Of a DNA stretch of 35,686 bases, positions 8,160 to 17,313 are shown piece after piece (position 1 is the stretch's first letter; each line of letters begins with the position of its first letter). The notes below the pieces were generated by a model. That model saw nothing but the letters and a program-made list of their open reading frames with translations. It had not been told where the DNA came from and did no database searches. This DNA is from a virus (taxonomy: Duplodnaviria; Heunggongvirae; Uroviricota; Caudoviricetes). The translations under genes were made by a program, and so were the position numbers. The stretch lies in the IMG/VR virus record IMGVR_UViG_2923302340_000008; one strand, given 5' to 3'.

Positions 8160-8372
8160 ATGCACAGCAGTAATCAACAGGCCGCAATCCAGCATTTGCT
8201 GGAGAACGGGGAAGCCACGTTCCGGGAGCTGGCTGATGCTCTTGGTGTGACCAACAAGAAAATTCAAAACCTGCTCCAGAACATACAGCGGTACGGGCAG
8301 CTTGTGCGGGAGGGGGAAAAATATCGGCTGGTACCGAACTGGCAGGAAAAATCTGCATTGCAAAAGCGGTAA
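8160..8372 (+). CDS. Small winged-helix/HTH-like protein
   Basis: 70-aa ORF with an ATG 2 bp after the replication gene stop and a G-rich RBS. Motif FRELADALGVTNKKIQNL is HTH-like. Confidence 0.5.
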   Translation: MHSSNQQAAIQHLLENGEATFRELADALGVTNKKIQNLLQNIQRYGQLVREGEKYRLVPNWQEKSALQKR

Positions 8373-8621
8373 CCGAAAGGTCAACAGCGTCGAAACAGGC
8401 TGCGGCGCAGGAATGTCGCCGGAACAGCAACGGATACCAGAGACAAAAAATTTTGGGGAGTAGTCGGGGAGTCGGTAACAGAGCTTAGGTAGAGCAATTG
8501 ATGCCAACTGACCTCTAACGTTTTGTTTCATGTTGTCATTATGTTTCAATTTAGTGGAATTGTTAATAAAGTGTTTTTATAATTAAAAACCAAACTACAG
8601 ATAGCATGGAGCTTTTGTTCA

Positions 8622-10178
8622 ATGAATGCCTATAAATTCAGAAATAATGATGAGATTGGAAAATTAGAGGCGGAAACTGATTCTTATCTTGATGCTTGTT
8701 TTTATGAGTCCAATGTTTTTAAAGGTATTGTGAATTTTGACTCTACTGAGAAGAATCCTGATTTTACAAGAAGAATTATTGTTGGAAGAACAGGAAGCGG
8801 TAAGTCTGCGTTGCTTAAAAAAATATTAGACAAAGGAAATATTAAGCTGCATGACACAATAGAGGCAGAAAATACGATATTTGAACATATTAATAACAAT
8901 GTGTTTATATCTGATTTGATCTCGAAAGGGATAGATTTACGTGGGTTTTATAAATCGTTATGGCTGCATGTATTACTTATGAAAGTTATACCAGCCGTTT
9001 ATCGTTCTTCCTATCAAAGCTTTTTTGAGGAAATTAAAGATCTTATTGGTGGTAAGAAGAAACCGTATAAACCAGAAGTTGCGAATGATTATATTGAACA
9101 ATTTAAAGAAAATTTCTTCAATGATAAAGCGCTCATTGAAATAAGTAACAAGCTTGAAAGTGATTTGTCATTCAAACTCGGAAATTCCGCTGTTGGTGTG
9201 GGTGGTAAAATATCTAATTCTGATACAGCCAAAATACAATCAGAAACTTCAAGTTATGTGAGTCGTGAACTTCTTTTTAAACAAAAAGAACTTATTAAAA
9301 TACTTAAAGAGGAGTTCGCTGACTCAAACCAGGTTAGAATAGTAATCAGTATCGATGATTTAGATAAATCTTGGTTAAGCACGAGCGCCATCAGATATGA
9401 CTTTATTAATGCTCTTCTTGAGGCCTTTCGAGAATTATTAGATATAAAGTCGGTTAAGGTTCTGATATCAATAAGAACAGATATTTTAATGGGAATTTAT
9501 AAAAGTAGTTTAAGGCAGGATGAGAAAGATCAATCTTTAATATATTCCATATCATGGAATAAAACGGAAATAAGAGAGATTATTGATGCTAGAATTAACC
9601 ATTTGGTTAAAAATAGATATCAATCAAATAAGTCTGTATTAATGAAGGATATTTTTAATTTTACAGTTGAAGGTATTGGAGCAGATGATTATATCCTTGA
9701 CAGAACAATGCTTAGGCCTAGAGATGCAATTAATTTCGTAAATATATGTCTTTCTGAGTGCGATGGTATGGTTAACATGAATGAAAATATTGTGTTAATT
9801 GCCGAAGAGAAATTTTATTCGTCCAGAAAGAGAGCTTTGGTTACAGAATGGAAAAGCATATATCCGTTTATCGAAGAATATTTGGATGTGCTTTCCTTGA
9901 TTTCATTTTCTGATTTTACAGTCTCAAACATAGGACAAGCAGTAAAAGATGATATATCGCAGCATTTACTTGATAGATTGACTGTAGTTAAAGAGGATGA
10001 TCAACATACAAAAATATTGATGAATTTTGAGGAGTTACTTAAAGTCTGGTTCGTCGTAGGCGTGGTTGGCATAAGGAAAACAGTATCTTTAATTTTATAT
10101 TCATCTTTTGATAAACCTAATTTGGATATTACTGATATGAAGAGAGATTTTGTAATACATCCGTTGTTTGATAGGTAA
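8622..10178 (+). CDS. AT-rich P-loop NTPase of unassigned family (candidate defence or abortive-infection protein)
   Basis: 518-aa ORF. Walker A is IIVGRTGSGKSALLKKI near residue 55. Walker B-like VRIVISIDDLDKSW lies near residue 243. Candidate sensor and arginine motifs are ISIRTD and LRPRD. Base composition is markedly AT-rich versus flanks. A TATAAT hexamer sits at 8578..8583 and a GGAG RBS upstream. Confidence 0.75.
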   Translation: MNAYKFRNNDEIGKLEAETDSYLDACFYESNVFKGIVNFDSTEKNPDFTRRIIVGRTGSGKSALLKKILDKGNIKLHDTIEAENTIFEHINNNVFISDLISKGIDLRGFYKSLWLHVLLMKVIPAVYRSSYQSFFEEIKDLIGGKKKPYKPEVANDYIEQFKENFFNDKALIEISNKLESDLSFKLGNSAVGVGGKISNSDTAKIQSETSSYVSRELLFKQKELIKILKEEFADSNQVRIVISIDDLDKSWLSTSAIRYDFINALLEAFRELLDIKSVKVLISIRTDILMGIYKSSLRQDEKDQSLIYSISWNKTEIREIIDARINHLVKNRYQSNKSVLMKDIFNFTVEGIGADDYILDRTMLRPRDAINFVNICLSECDGMVNMNENIVLIAEEKFYSSRKRALVTEWKSIYPFIEEYLDVLSLISFSDFTVSNIGQAVKDDISQHLLDRLTVVKEDDQHTKILMNFEELLKVWFVVGVVGIRKTVSLILYSSFDKPNLDITDMKRDFVIHPLFDR

Positions 10179-10408
10179 TAGCAATGTGAATATGTTGAGA
10201 CTACTGGAAAAGCTATAACTCCTTTAGTAAAGTTTCCGTGGGTGCTTGAGGCTATCTGTCTCAGGCATGAACACCAAAGGCAGATAGAGAAAAGCCCCAG
10301 TTAACATTACGCGTCCTGCAAGACGCTTAACATTAATCTGAGGCCAATTTCATGCTAGACACATGTAGGTTAGCCTCTTACGTGCCGAAAGGCAAGGAGA
10401 AGCAGGCT

Positions 10409-10564
10409 ATGAAGCAGCAAAAGGCGATGTTAATCGCCCTGATCGTCATCTGTTTAACCGTCATAGTGACGGCACTGGTAACGAGGAAAGACCTTTGCGA
10501 GGTACGAATCCGAACCGGCCAGACGGAGGTCGCTGTCTTCACAGCTTACGAACCTGAGGAGTAA
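10409..10564 (+). CDS. hokD: Hok-family type I toxin (HokD/RelF-like)
   Basis: 51-aa product MKQQKAMLIALIVICLTVIVTALVTRKDLCEVRIRTGQTEVAVFTAYEPEE matches recalled Hok-family sequence. GGAGA RBS. An in-frame upstream extension from 10352 is present. Confidence 0.85.
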   Translation: MKQQKAMLIALIVICLTVIVTALVTRKDLCEVRIRTGQTEVAVFTAYEPEE

Positions 10565-10633
10565 GAGACCCGGCGAGGGAGAAATCCCTCGCCACCTCTG
10601 ATGTGGCAGGCATCCTCAACGCACCCGCACTTA

Positions 10634-10665
10634 ACCCGCTTCGGCGGGTTTTTGTTTTTATTTTC
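10634..10665 (+). terminator. Rho-independent terminator downstream of hok
   Basis: CCCGC-TTCG-GCGGG hairpin followed by TTTTTGTTTTT. A second hairpin, GAGGGA-gaaa-TCCCTC, lies at 10575..10590. Confidence 0.7.
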
Positions 10666-10780
10666 AACGCGTTTGAAGTTCTGGACGGTGCCGGAATAGA
10701 ATCAAAAATACTTAAGTAGCGCGCAGGGAGAAGAGGGATGGTCCCTTAAAGGGGAGAGCTAATTATCCGGAAGGATTCTG

Positions 10781-11044
10781 ATGATGAACATGATGATGAA
10801 CATCGAAGAACTGCGTAAAAATTTTTGTGAAGATGGCCTCTATGCTGTGTGCGTTGAAAATGGAAATCTTGTTAGTCATTACCGCATTATGTGTTTGCGA
10901 AAGAATGGGGCTGCGTTAATTAATTTTGTGGATGGTCGAGTGACAGACGGATTTATCTTGCGCGAAGGTGAGTTTGTCACTTCATTACAGGCACTGAAAG
11001 AGATCGGAATAAAAGCAGGCTTTTCAGCTTTTGCAGAAGAATAA
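10781..11044 (+). CDS. Hypothetical protein
   Basis: 87-aa ORF with an AAGGA RBS and tandem Met codons. Family unknown. Confidence 0.45.
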   Translation: MMNMMMNIEELRKNFCEDGLYAVCVENGNLVSHYRIMCLRKNGAALINFVDGRVTDGFILREGEFVTSLQALKEIGIKAGFSAFAEE

Positions 11045-11110
11045 ACTCATCTACAATCTTGCGCGGGGCTGAACTCCCGCTGAGTAACACCGTGCCACCG
11101 GAGAAAACCG

Positions 11111-11389
11111 ATGGCACGCAACGTAAAATATTACAATTCTGATAATTCGCCCGTTCTTGCCTGCACGCACGAGCGGTATTCTCACGCATTCAAGTCTGAA
11201 TGGTTCCAGCACCCTCCATGCACTGAAGAGCAGGCTGAATGGATAATTCAGTGTTACCGCAGGCGCGGATACGAGGTTAAGAAAGCCCTTAGTCTCGACT
11301 ACCGTCACTGGATAATCTCAGTCAGATTGCCTTACTCCGAACGCCCACCGCGTCCGTCCCGTACATTCCAGCAACGCATCTGGAGGTAA
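11111..11389 (+). CDS. Hypothetical phage protein
   Basis: 92-aa ORF with GGAGA RBS, immediately upstream of the DUF968 gene. Confidence 0.5.
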   Translation: MARNVKYYNSDNSPVLACTHERYSHAFKSEWFQHPPCTEEQAEWIIQCYRRRGYEVKKALSLDYRHWIISVRLPYSERPPRPSRTFQQRIWR

Positions 11390-11390
11390 C

Positions 11391-12440
11391 GTGCGGGTAT
11401 TACTTCGACCTGTTCTGGTACCGGAACTCGGGCTGGTGGTCGTTAAGCCGGGCCGTGAATCCATGCCGGTATTCCACAATACCCGGGTACTGGTGGAGCC
11501 GGAACCGAAAAGCATGCGTAATCTGCCGTCCGGGGTCGTTCCTGCCGTTCGCCAGCCGCTGGTGGAAGACAAAACATTGCTGCCGTTTTTCAGTAATGCA
11601 CGGGTAATTCGTACTGCTGGTGGTGCTGGTGCATTGTCTGACTGGCTGTTGCGCCATATTAAATCCTGCCAGTGGCCACACGGCGATTATCATCACAGCG
11701 AAACCGTTATTCACCGTTATGGTACCGGCGCAATGGTGTTGTGCTGGCACTGCGACAACCAGCTGCGTGACCAGACATCCGAATCACTCGAGCAACTTGC
11801 TCATCAAAACCTGTCAGCATGGATGATTGACGTCATCGGTCACGCACTAAGCGGTACGCAGGAGCGTGAATTATCTCTGGCTGAATTATCCTGGTGGGCG
11901 GTCCGCAATCAGGTGGCGGACGCGCTACCGGAAGCGGTATTACGTCGCTCGCTGGGATTACCAGCGGAAAAAAACTGCTCGGTGTACCGCGAAAGCGACA
12001 TCGTACCGGGAGAGCAGACCGCCACCAGCATATTGAAACAGCGCACAAAAAATCTTGCACCGTTGCCTCACGCCCACCAGCAACAAAACCCATCACAGGA
12101 AAAAACGGTGGTAAGCATCACCGTTGATCCTGAGTCTCCGGAATCTTTCATGAAGCTGCCTAAACGTCACCGTTGGGTTAAGGAGAAATACACACGCTGG
12201 GTTAAGACACAGCCGTGTGCTTGCTGCGGTATGCCAGCCGACGATCCGCATCATCTGATTGGTCACGGGCAGGGCGGAATGGGAACCAAAGCACATGATC
12301 TCTTTGTGTTGCCTTTGTGCAGAAAGCATCACGACGAGTTGCATACGGGTACCGTGGCATTTGAAGAGAAGTATGGCTCCCAACTGGAGCTGATTTTTCG
12401 ATTTATCGATCGCGCGCTGGCAATTGGTGTGCTGGCCTAA
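11391..12440 (+). CDS. ydfU: DUF968-family protein with C-terminal HNH-like Cys/His cluster (YdfU-like)
   Basis: 349-aa ORF with GTG start and GGAGG RBS. The C-terminus carries CACCG…[10 protein letters not shown]…CRKHHDELH. Size and position upstream of Q match Qin ydfU. Confidence 0.65.
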   Translation: MRVLLRPVLVPELGLVVVKPGRESMPVFHNTRVLVEPEPKSMRNLPSGVVPAVRQPLVEDKTLLPFFSNARVIRTAGGAGALSDWLLRHIKSCQWPHGDYHHSETVIHRYGTGAMVLCWHCDNQLRDQTSESLEQLAHQNLSAWMIDVIGHALSGTQERELSLAELSWWAVRNQVADALPEAVLRRSLGLPAEKNCSVYRESDIVPGEQTATSILKQRTKNLAPLPHAHQQQNPSQEKTVVSITVDPESPESFMKLPKRHRWVKEKYTRWVKTQPCACCGMPADDPHHLIGHGQGGMGTKAHDLFVLPLCRKHHDELHTGTVAFEEKYGSQLELIFRFIDRALAIGVLA

Positions 12441-12457
12441 TTTTGTGGAGTAAGTTG

Positions 12458-12835
12458 ATGCGTGATATTCAGATGGTTCTTGAGCGTTGGGGGGCATGGG
12501 CGGCTAATAATCATGAAGATGTGACCTGGTCGTCCATTGCCGCCGGTTTTAAGGGATTAATTCCTTCAAAAGTAAGATCTCGTCCGCAATGCTGTGACGA
12601 TGACGCGATGATCATTTGTGAATGTATGGCTCGCCTGAAAAAAAACAACAGCGATTTACATGATTTATTGGTGGACTATTATGTCGGCGGCATGACTTTT
12701 ATGGCGCTTGCACGTAAGCATGGGCGATCTGATTGTTGGGTTGGCAGGATGCTCCAGAAAGCTGAGGGCGTAGTGGAGGGCATGCTGATGGTGTTGGATC
12801 TCCGATTGGAGATGGATGCTGATTGTTCGAAATAA
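12458..12835 (+). CDS. Putative late-gene antiterminator Q
   Basis: 125-aa ORF ([21 protein letters not shown]…) with a Cys cluster. It sits at the Q position and is followed by a promoter-like sequence and a strong terminator. Confidence 0.55.
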   Translation: MRDIQMVLERWGAWAANNHEDVTWSSIAAGFKGLIPSKVRSRPQCCDDDAMIICECMARLKKNNSDLHDLLVDYYVGGMTFMALARKHGRSDCWVGRMLQKAEGVVEGMLMVLDLRLEMDADCSK

Positions 12836-12935
12836 TCAAAGGAAAAGTTGCTGTCTGATTTTCATTAGTCTAACATTTTAAATGTTGGAATCGCAACGTA
12901 GTTATTATCATATAACAGCTTGTTTCCTGATTTAG

Positions 12936-12962
12936 CCAGCCTCCCCAAAGGCTGGTTTTTTT
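12936..12962 (+). terminator. Rho-independent terminator (candidate tR' after Q)
   Basis: CCAGCC-tccccaaa-GGCTGG hairpin followed by seven T residues. Confidence 0.7.
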
Positions 12963-12990
12963 CTAATAAGTATCATTTCGGGTGGGGATT

Positions 12991-13515
12991 TTATTGTTTA
13001 ACCCATAATAGTTCATTGACATTGAATCCCAACTTTTGAGCGGTACGCACATAGTCTGCTTTTACATTATCTGGAATAGTTTGGGTCCTTGCCAGAATCC
13101 ATAGGTATTCTCTGTTCGGACCACTGACAAGAGCATACTTATACTCATCATCCAGCTTGATTACATTATAGCCACCATAGAAGGGGCCAAAAAACGAAAC
13201 TTTCAACGCTGCAGTTTTAGTATCTCCAGTAAAGTATGCTTTACCTTCGCTCTCGCTCCATTTGTTTTTCGTTGGATCGTATCCACGGTTAAGTACGCGA
13301 ATCCCTCCGTCGTTCCGTTTTTCATAAGTAGCGCTGACTTGTTCCAGACCACGTTCGAACCAGTTCTCGAGGCGAGCTATTTCATACCATTTTCCGAGGT
13401 AGCGGTTGGCGTCAAAATTTGTAATCGGCTGCACACCTTTAGGTGGTGTCGGGGCCTTACATGCTATAAGAGTGAAAGAGAGTGCAATGCCAGTCAACAC
13501 AGGCCATAACTTCAT
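12991..13515 (-). CDS. blc: Blc-like outer-membrane lipocalin lipoprotein (moron)
   Basis: 174-aa ORF with a signal peptide and lipobox (LIAC). Lipocalin-like motifs (NFDANRYLGKWYEIARLENWFERG) are present. Confidence 0.75.
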   Translation of the reverse strand: MKLWPVLTGIALSFTLIACKAPTPPKGVQPITNFDANRYLGKWYEIARLENWFERGLEQVSATYEKRNDGGIRVLNRGYDPTKNKWSESEGKAYFTGDTKTAALKVSFFGPFYGGYNVIKLDDEYKYALVSGPNREYLWILARTQTIPDNVKADYVRTAQKLGFNVNELLWVKQ

Positions 13516-13707
13516 AATAAATCCTGTACTTTTGATAGTTGAGAGTAAGTATGAAAGATAGATGAGTACGACCGATCACTTAAAGAACTTTCCTACTATA
13601 TTAGGAATAGTCCATAACAGAAAAATTGTCAGTGATGAAGCCAGAAAGGCAATTTAGTCCGTGCATTACAAAGTTTATGTGTTAATGAATTAGTCAAGGG
13701 GGAGGAA

Positions 13708-14667
13708 ATGATAAAAAAACCTGTGATTGGGATCAGCGGTTGTTTGGGCGGTTCTGCTGTTCGTTTTGATGGTGGTCACAAAAGAGATGACTTTTTAATG
13801 GACAAATTAGTGGAATGGGTAACATTCAGACCAGTATGTCCGGAAATGGCTATAGGGCTGCCAGTTCCGCGTCCTGCTCTACGACTTGTGCGCTCGAAGC
13901 AAGGAAATATACGGATGTGTTTCAGCCACGACCAGAATGAGGATGTGACAGAGAGAATGACAGAGTTTAGTCGTTCTTATATGGACAAATTAAAGGATGT
14001 ATCGGGGTTTGTGGTTTGTGCTAAATCTCCCAGCTGTGGCATGGAGCGCGTGCGTGTCTATGATGAAAATGGTAATCGAGGTCGTAAAGATGGAGTGGGA
14101 CTATTTACGAGCACTTTGATGGAAAAGTTTTCCTGGCTACCGGTTGAAGAGGATGGGCGATTACATGATCCAGTGCTTCGTGAGAATTTTATTGAAAGAG
14201 TTTTTGCTTTGCATGAGCTCAATCATCTTTACAAGGAGAAATTATCAAGAAGAGAGTTATTAGCTTTTCATAGTCGTTATAAGCTTCAGTTGTTGGCGCA
14301 TAGCCAGGCAGGCTATAAAGATATGGGACCATTTGTGGCTGCAATACACGAGTGGGCGGACCTTGAATCATACTTTGAGGTGTATCGTGATAATCTGATG
14401 GCGATTCTCAGAAAACCAGCATCACGTAAAAATCACACGAATGTGCTGATGCATATACAGGGGTATTTTAGTAATTACTTAAGTACACGCCAGCGTAAAG
14501 AGTTGAGCGAGGTTATACTTAACTATCGCTTTGGCACATTGCCTCTTCTTGCGCCGTTGACTCTGCTGAAGCATTATCTGGGTGAGTATCCTAATGATTA
14601 CTTGCTTACACAGAATTACTTCGATCCCTATCCGGAAGAACTGGCTCTAAGACTGATGGTGAATTAA
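13708..14667 (+). CDS. DUF523/DUF1722 fusion protein (TudS-like Cys-rich N-domain with YbgA-like C-domain)
   Basis: 319-aa ORF. The N-terminus GISGCLGGSAVRFDGGHK plus further conserved Cys residues suggest DUF523. The C-terminal half is helical, as in DUF1722. This assignment is from memory. Confidence 0.55.
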   Translation: MIKKPVIGISGCLGGSAVRFDGGHKRDDFLMDKLVEWVTFRPVCPEMAIGLPVPRPALRLVRSKQGNIRMCFSHDQNEDVTERMTEFSRSYMDKLKDVSGFVVCAKSPSCGMERVRVYDENGNRGRKDGVGLFTSTLMEKFSWLPVEEDGRLHDPVLRENFIERVFALHELNHLYKEKLSRRELLAFHSRYKLQLLAHSQAGYKDMGPFVAAIHEWADLESYFEVYRDNLMAILRKPASRKNHTNVLMHIQGYFSNYLSTRQRKELSEVILNYRFGTLPLLAPLTLLKHYLGEYPNDYLLTQNYFDPYPEELALRLMVN

Positions 14668-14759
14668 CTGTATGCGATATCATCTGAAAGTGATGAGTTC
14701 CTGTATGCAGGATATTTACAATCGTAAAAACTACGCTATGATGCCCATTGGATTTGCCC

Positions 14760-15665
14760 CTATATTTCCAGACATCTGTTATCACTTAACCCATTACAGG
14801 CCCGCTGCCGCAGATATTCCCGTGGCGAGCGATAACCCAGCGCACTATGCGGATGCCATTCGTTATAATGCTCGAACGCCTCTGCAAGGTTCTTTGCTGC
14901 CGTTAACCCGTCTGGTTTGGGCATGATACTGATGTAGTCACGCTTTATCGTTTTCACGAAGCTCTCTGCTATTCCGTTACTCTCCGGACTCCGCACCGCC
15001 GTGTTCTTCGGTTCAAGTCCCAACATCCGGGCGAACTGGCGTGTTTCATTAGCCCGGTAGCATGAACCATTATCCGTCAGCCACTCCACTGGAGACGACG
15101 GAAGATCGTTGCCGAAGCGGCGTTCCACCGCTCCCAGCATGACGTCCTGTACTGTTTCACTGTTGAAGCCGCCAGTAGTCACCGCCCAGTGCAGTGCCTC
15201 ACGATCACTGCAGTCCAGCGCGAACGTGACACGCAGTCTCTCTCCGTTATCACAGCAGAACTCGAACCCGTCAGAGCACCATCGCTGATTGCTTTCTTTC
15301 ACGGCCACTCTGCCTGTATGTGCCCGTTTCGATGGCGGTACAGCAGGTTTTCGCTCAAGCAACAGCGCATTCTGGCGCATGATCCGGTAAACACGTTTGG
15401 CATTGATCGCAGGCATACCATCAAGTTCTGCCTGTCTGCGAAGCAGCGCCCATACCCGACGATAACCATACGTGGGCAGCTCTCCGATAACATGGTGTAT
15501 ACGGAGAAGCACATCCGTATCATCAGTGTGACGACTGCGGCGGCCATCCATCCAGTCATCGGTTCGTCTGAGAATGACGTGCAACTGCGCACGCGACACC
15601 CGGAGACAACGGCTGACTAAGCTTACTCCCCATCCCCGGGCAATAAGGGCGCGTGCGCTATCCAC
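14760..15665 (-). CDS. insD: IS2 transposase InsD (OrfB)
   Basis: 301-aa product [23 protein letters not shown]… matches recalled IS2 InsD. DDE integrase core. Confidence 0.9.
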
Positions 15666-15988
15666 TTTTTTGCCCGTCCATATTCAACGGCTTCTTTGAG
15701 GAGTTCATTTTCCATCGTTTTCTTGCCGAGCAGGCGCTGGAGTTCTTTAATCTGCTTCATGGCGGCAGCAAGTTCAGAGGCAGGAACAACCTGTTCTCCG
15801 GCGGCGACAGCAGTAAGACTTCCTTCCTGGTATTGCTTACGCCAGAGAAATAACTGGCTGGCTGCTACACCATGTTGCCGGGCAACGAGGGAGACCGTCA
15901 TCCCCGGTTCAAAGCTCTGCTGAACAATTGCGATCTTTTCCTGTGTGGTACGCCGTCTGCGTTTCTCCGGCCCTAAGACATCAATCAT
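15623..15988 (-). CDS. insC: IS2 InsC (OrfA)
   Basis: 121-aa product [24 protein letters not shown]… matches recalled IS2 InsC. It overlaps the insD start, as expected for a frameshift fusion. Confidence 0.85.
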
Positions 15989-16400
15989 CTGTTCTCCAAT
16001 GACTAGTCTAAAAACTAGTATTAAGACTATCACTTATTTAAGTGATACTGGTTGTCTGGAGATTCAGGGGGCCAGTCTACCCATAGTGTCAGTTTGTATA
16101 AAAATCCTGTTCACGCTAAAGAAAACATTGAGATGCAATTTAATGTTGGTAAACATACCAGCCCCAAAAGATTTTATTCAATCTGTTTTTATATGAAGAT
16201 ATTTCAAGTGAATATTAAGAGCATATAATATTATTATTGCACGCAGCTATTATAATATAACAGATTAGTTTAATGATTTGTTTTTTGTGAGTTAAACACA
16301 TGGTTTTATAGTTGTGATGCAATGAGATTTTCCTTATTGTTGAACTGGCGAATATTGATTTTCCACCTATACTTACCTGGTGTAACCCCAATGATATCAG

Positions 16401-17123
16401 GTGGATAATATGCCATACATATGTTCTATCATTTTGGTGTTGAACTCGTTTGGTGTCCGAATTGGTAAAGAAGATATTTTGTTTAAAAAAGGAAATGCTG
16501 TCCTCATTGAATACAATTTAAAAGATCTTTTTTCGTCAAATACAGATCATCTAATGATCGTAGATGTTGAGGAGAAAACAGTTAATGATTTCTTTAAAAA
16601 CTACACACTCTCACCTTTTTCTGTAAGAAGGTTTTATCCGTCATACTTGATAGTAGAATGTGAAGATTTTTCATTGTTAAGGAACTTGGTTGCATGCTTG
16701 AATTGTGATAGCAAAACCGTGGATGTAGTTAGAAATCAAATATCACTTGCATGTCTTGCTGTCTTATCTTCAGAGAAAATAGTGCAAAGTTTTTTGTTCG
16801 GAAGTCTTAATAGCTTAGGTTGTAAAGTTAAGGCTATTATTCACTCGGATATCTCAGCGTCATGGAGACTTTGTGATATATCTTCAAGATTATATATGAG
16901 CGAGAGTTTGTTAAAAAGAAAATTAAAAGACGAAGGATTATCGTTTAGTAAATTAATTCTTGAAGAACGAATGATGATGGCGCAAAGATTATTGATCTAC
17001 AGTAACCATACTGTCGGCAAGGTGGCGGGAATATGCGGGTATGACAATGCATCATATTTTGTAAGTGTTTTTAGAGGATATTTTGGTGTGCCTCCGCACC
17101 AATATTTATCAAGATTTTCTTAG
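16401..17123 (+). CDS. AraC/XylS-family transcriptional regulator (AppY/PatE-like)
   Basis: 240-aa ORF in a strongly AT-rich segment. The C-terminus carries an AraC-type HTH (…KVAGICGYDNASYFVSVFRGYFGVPPHQY). Confidence 0.75.
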   Translation: MDNMPYICSIILVLNSFGVRIGKEDILFKKGNAVLIEYNLKDLFSSNTDHLMIVDVEEKTVNDFFKNYTLSPFSVRRFYPSYLIVECEDFSLLRNLVACLNCDSKTVDVVRNQISLACLAVLSSEKIVQSFLFGSLNSLGCKVKAIIHSDISASWRLCDISSRLYMSESLLKRKLKDEGLSFSKLILEERMMMAQRLLIYSNHTVGKVAGICGYDNASYFVSVFRGYFGVPPHQYLSRFS

Positions 17124-17313
17124 AAGATATGATGTGATGGCATTTTATAAAGTTATTTTTTGAAGTGTAAGATTATACGATATTTTTAGCTACGCCAGAA
17201 TAATTGCTGGCGTTTTTCTTTTTGAATAGATGTTCGGGCCTTACGCTAATGTAACTTCTTTCCTTCTTCGAACCAAACCGTGTACACCATCCGTTATCTG
17301 CGGAGGTGAGGCT

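Larger units (their letters stand above)
14749..16079 (-). mobile_element. IS2 insertion sequence (1331 bp)
   Basis: Ends TGGATTTGCCCC… at 14749 and …GGCCAGTCTA at 16079 match recalled IS2 termini. It encodes InsC and InsD. It is flanked by the 5-bp direct repeat CCCAT at 14744..14748 and 16080..16084. Confidence 0.9.

Noticed and set aside
8086-8549. Minus-strand ORFs of 114 and 146 aa across the replication gene 3' end and the intergenic region upstream of the NTPase
   Set aside because: They are antisense to the replication and wHTH genes and extend into noncoding AT-rich DNA. No RBS. Products are Cys/Pro-rich and unconvincing.
11318-12497. Minus-strand ORFs (84-134 aa) antisense to the DUF968 and Q-like genes
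   Set aside because: They overlap better-supported plus-strand genes that have RBSs and conserved motifs. No independent signals.
14672-14926. 84-aa plus-strand ORF spanning the IS2 boundary
   Set aside because: The frame crosses the IS2 terminal repeat at 14749 and continues antisense to insD. It is an artefact of the insertion.
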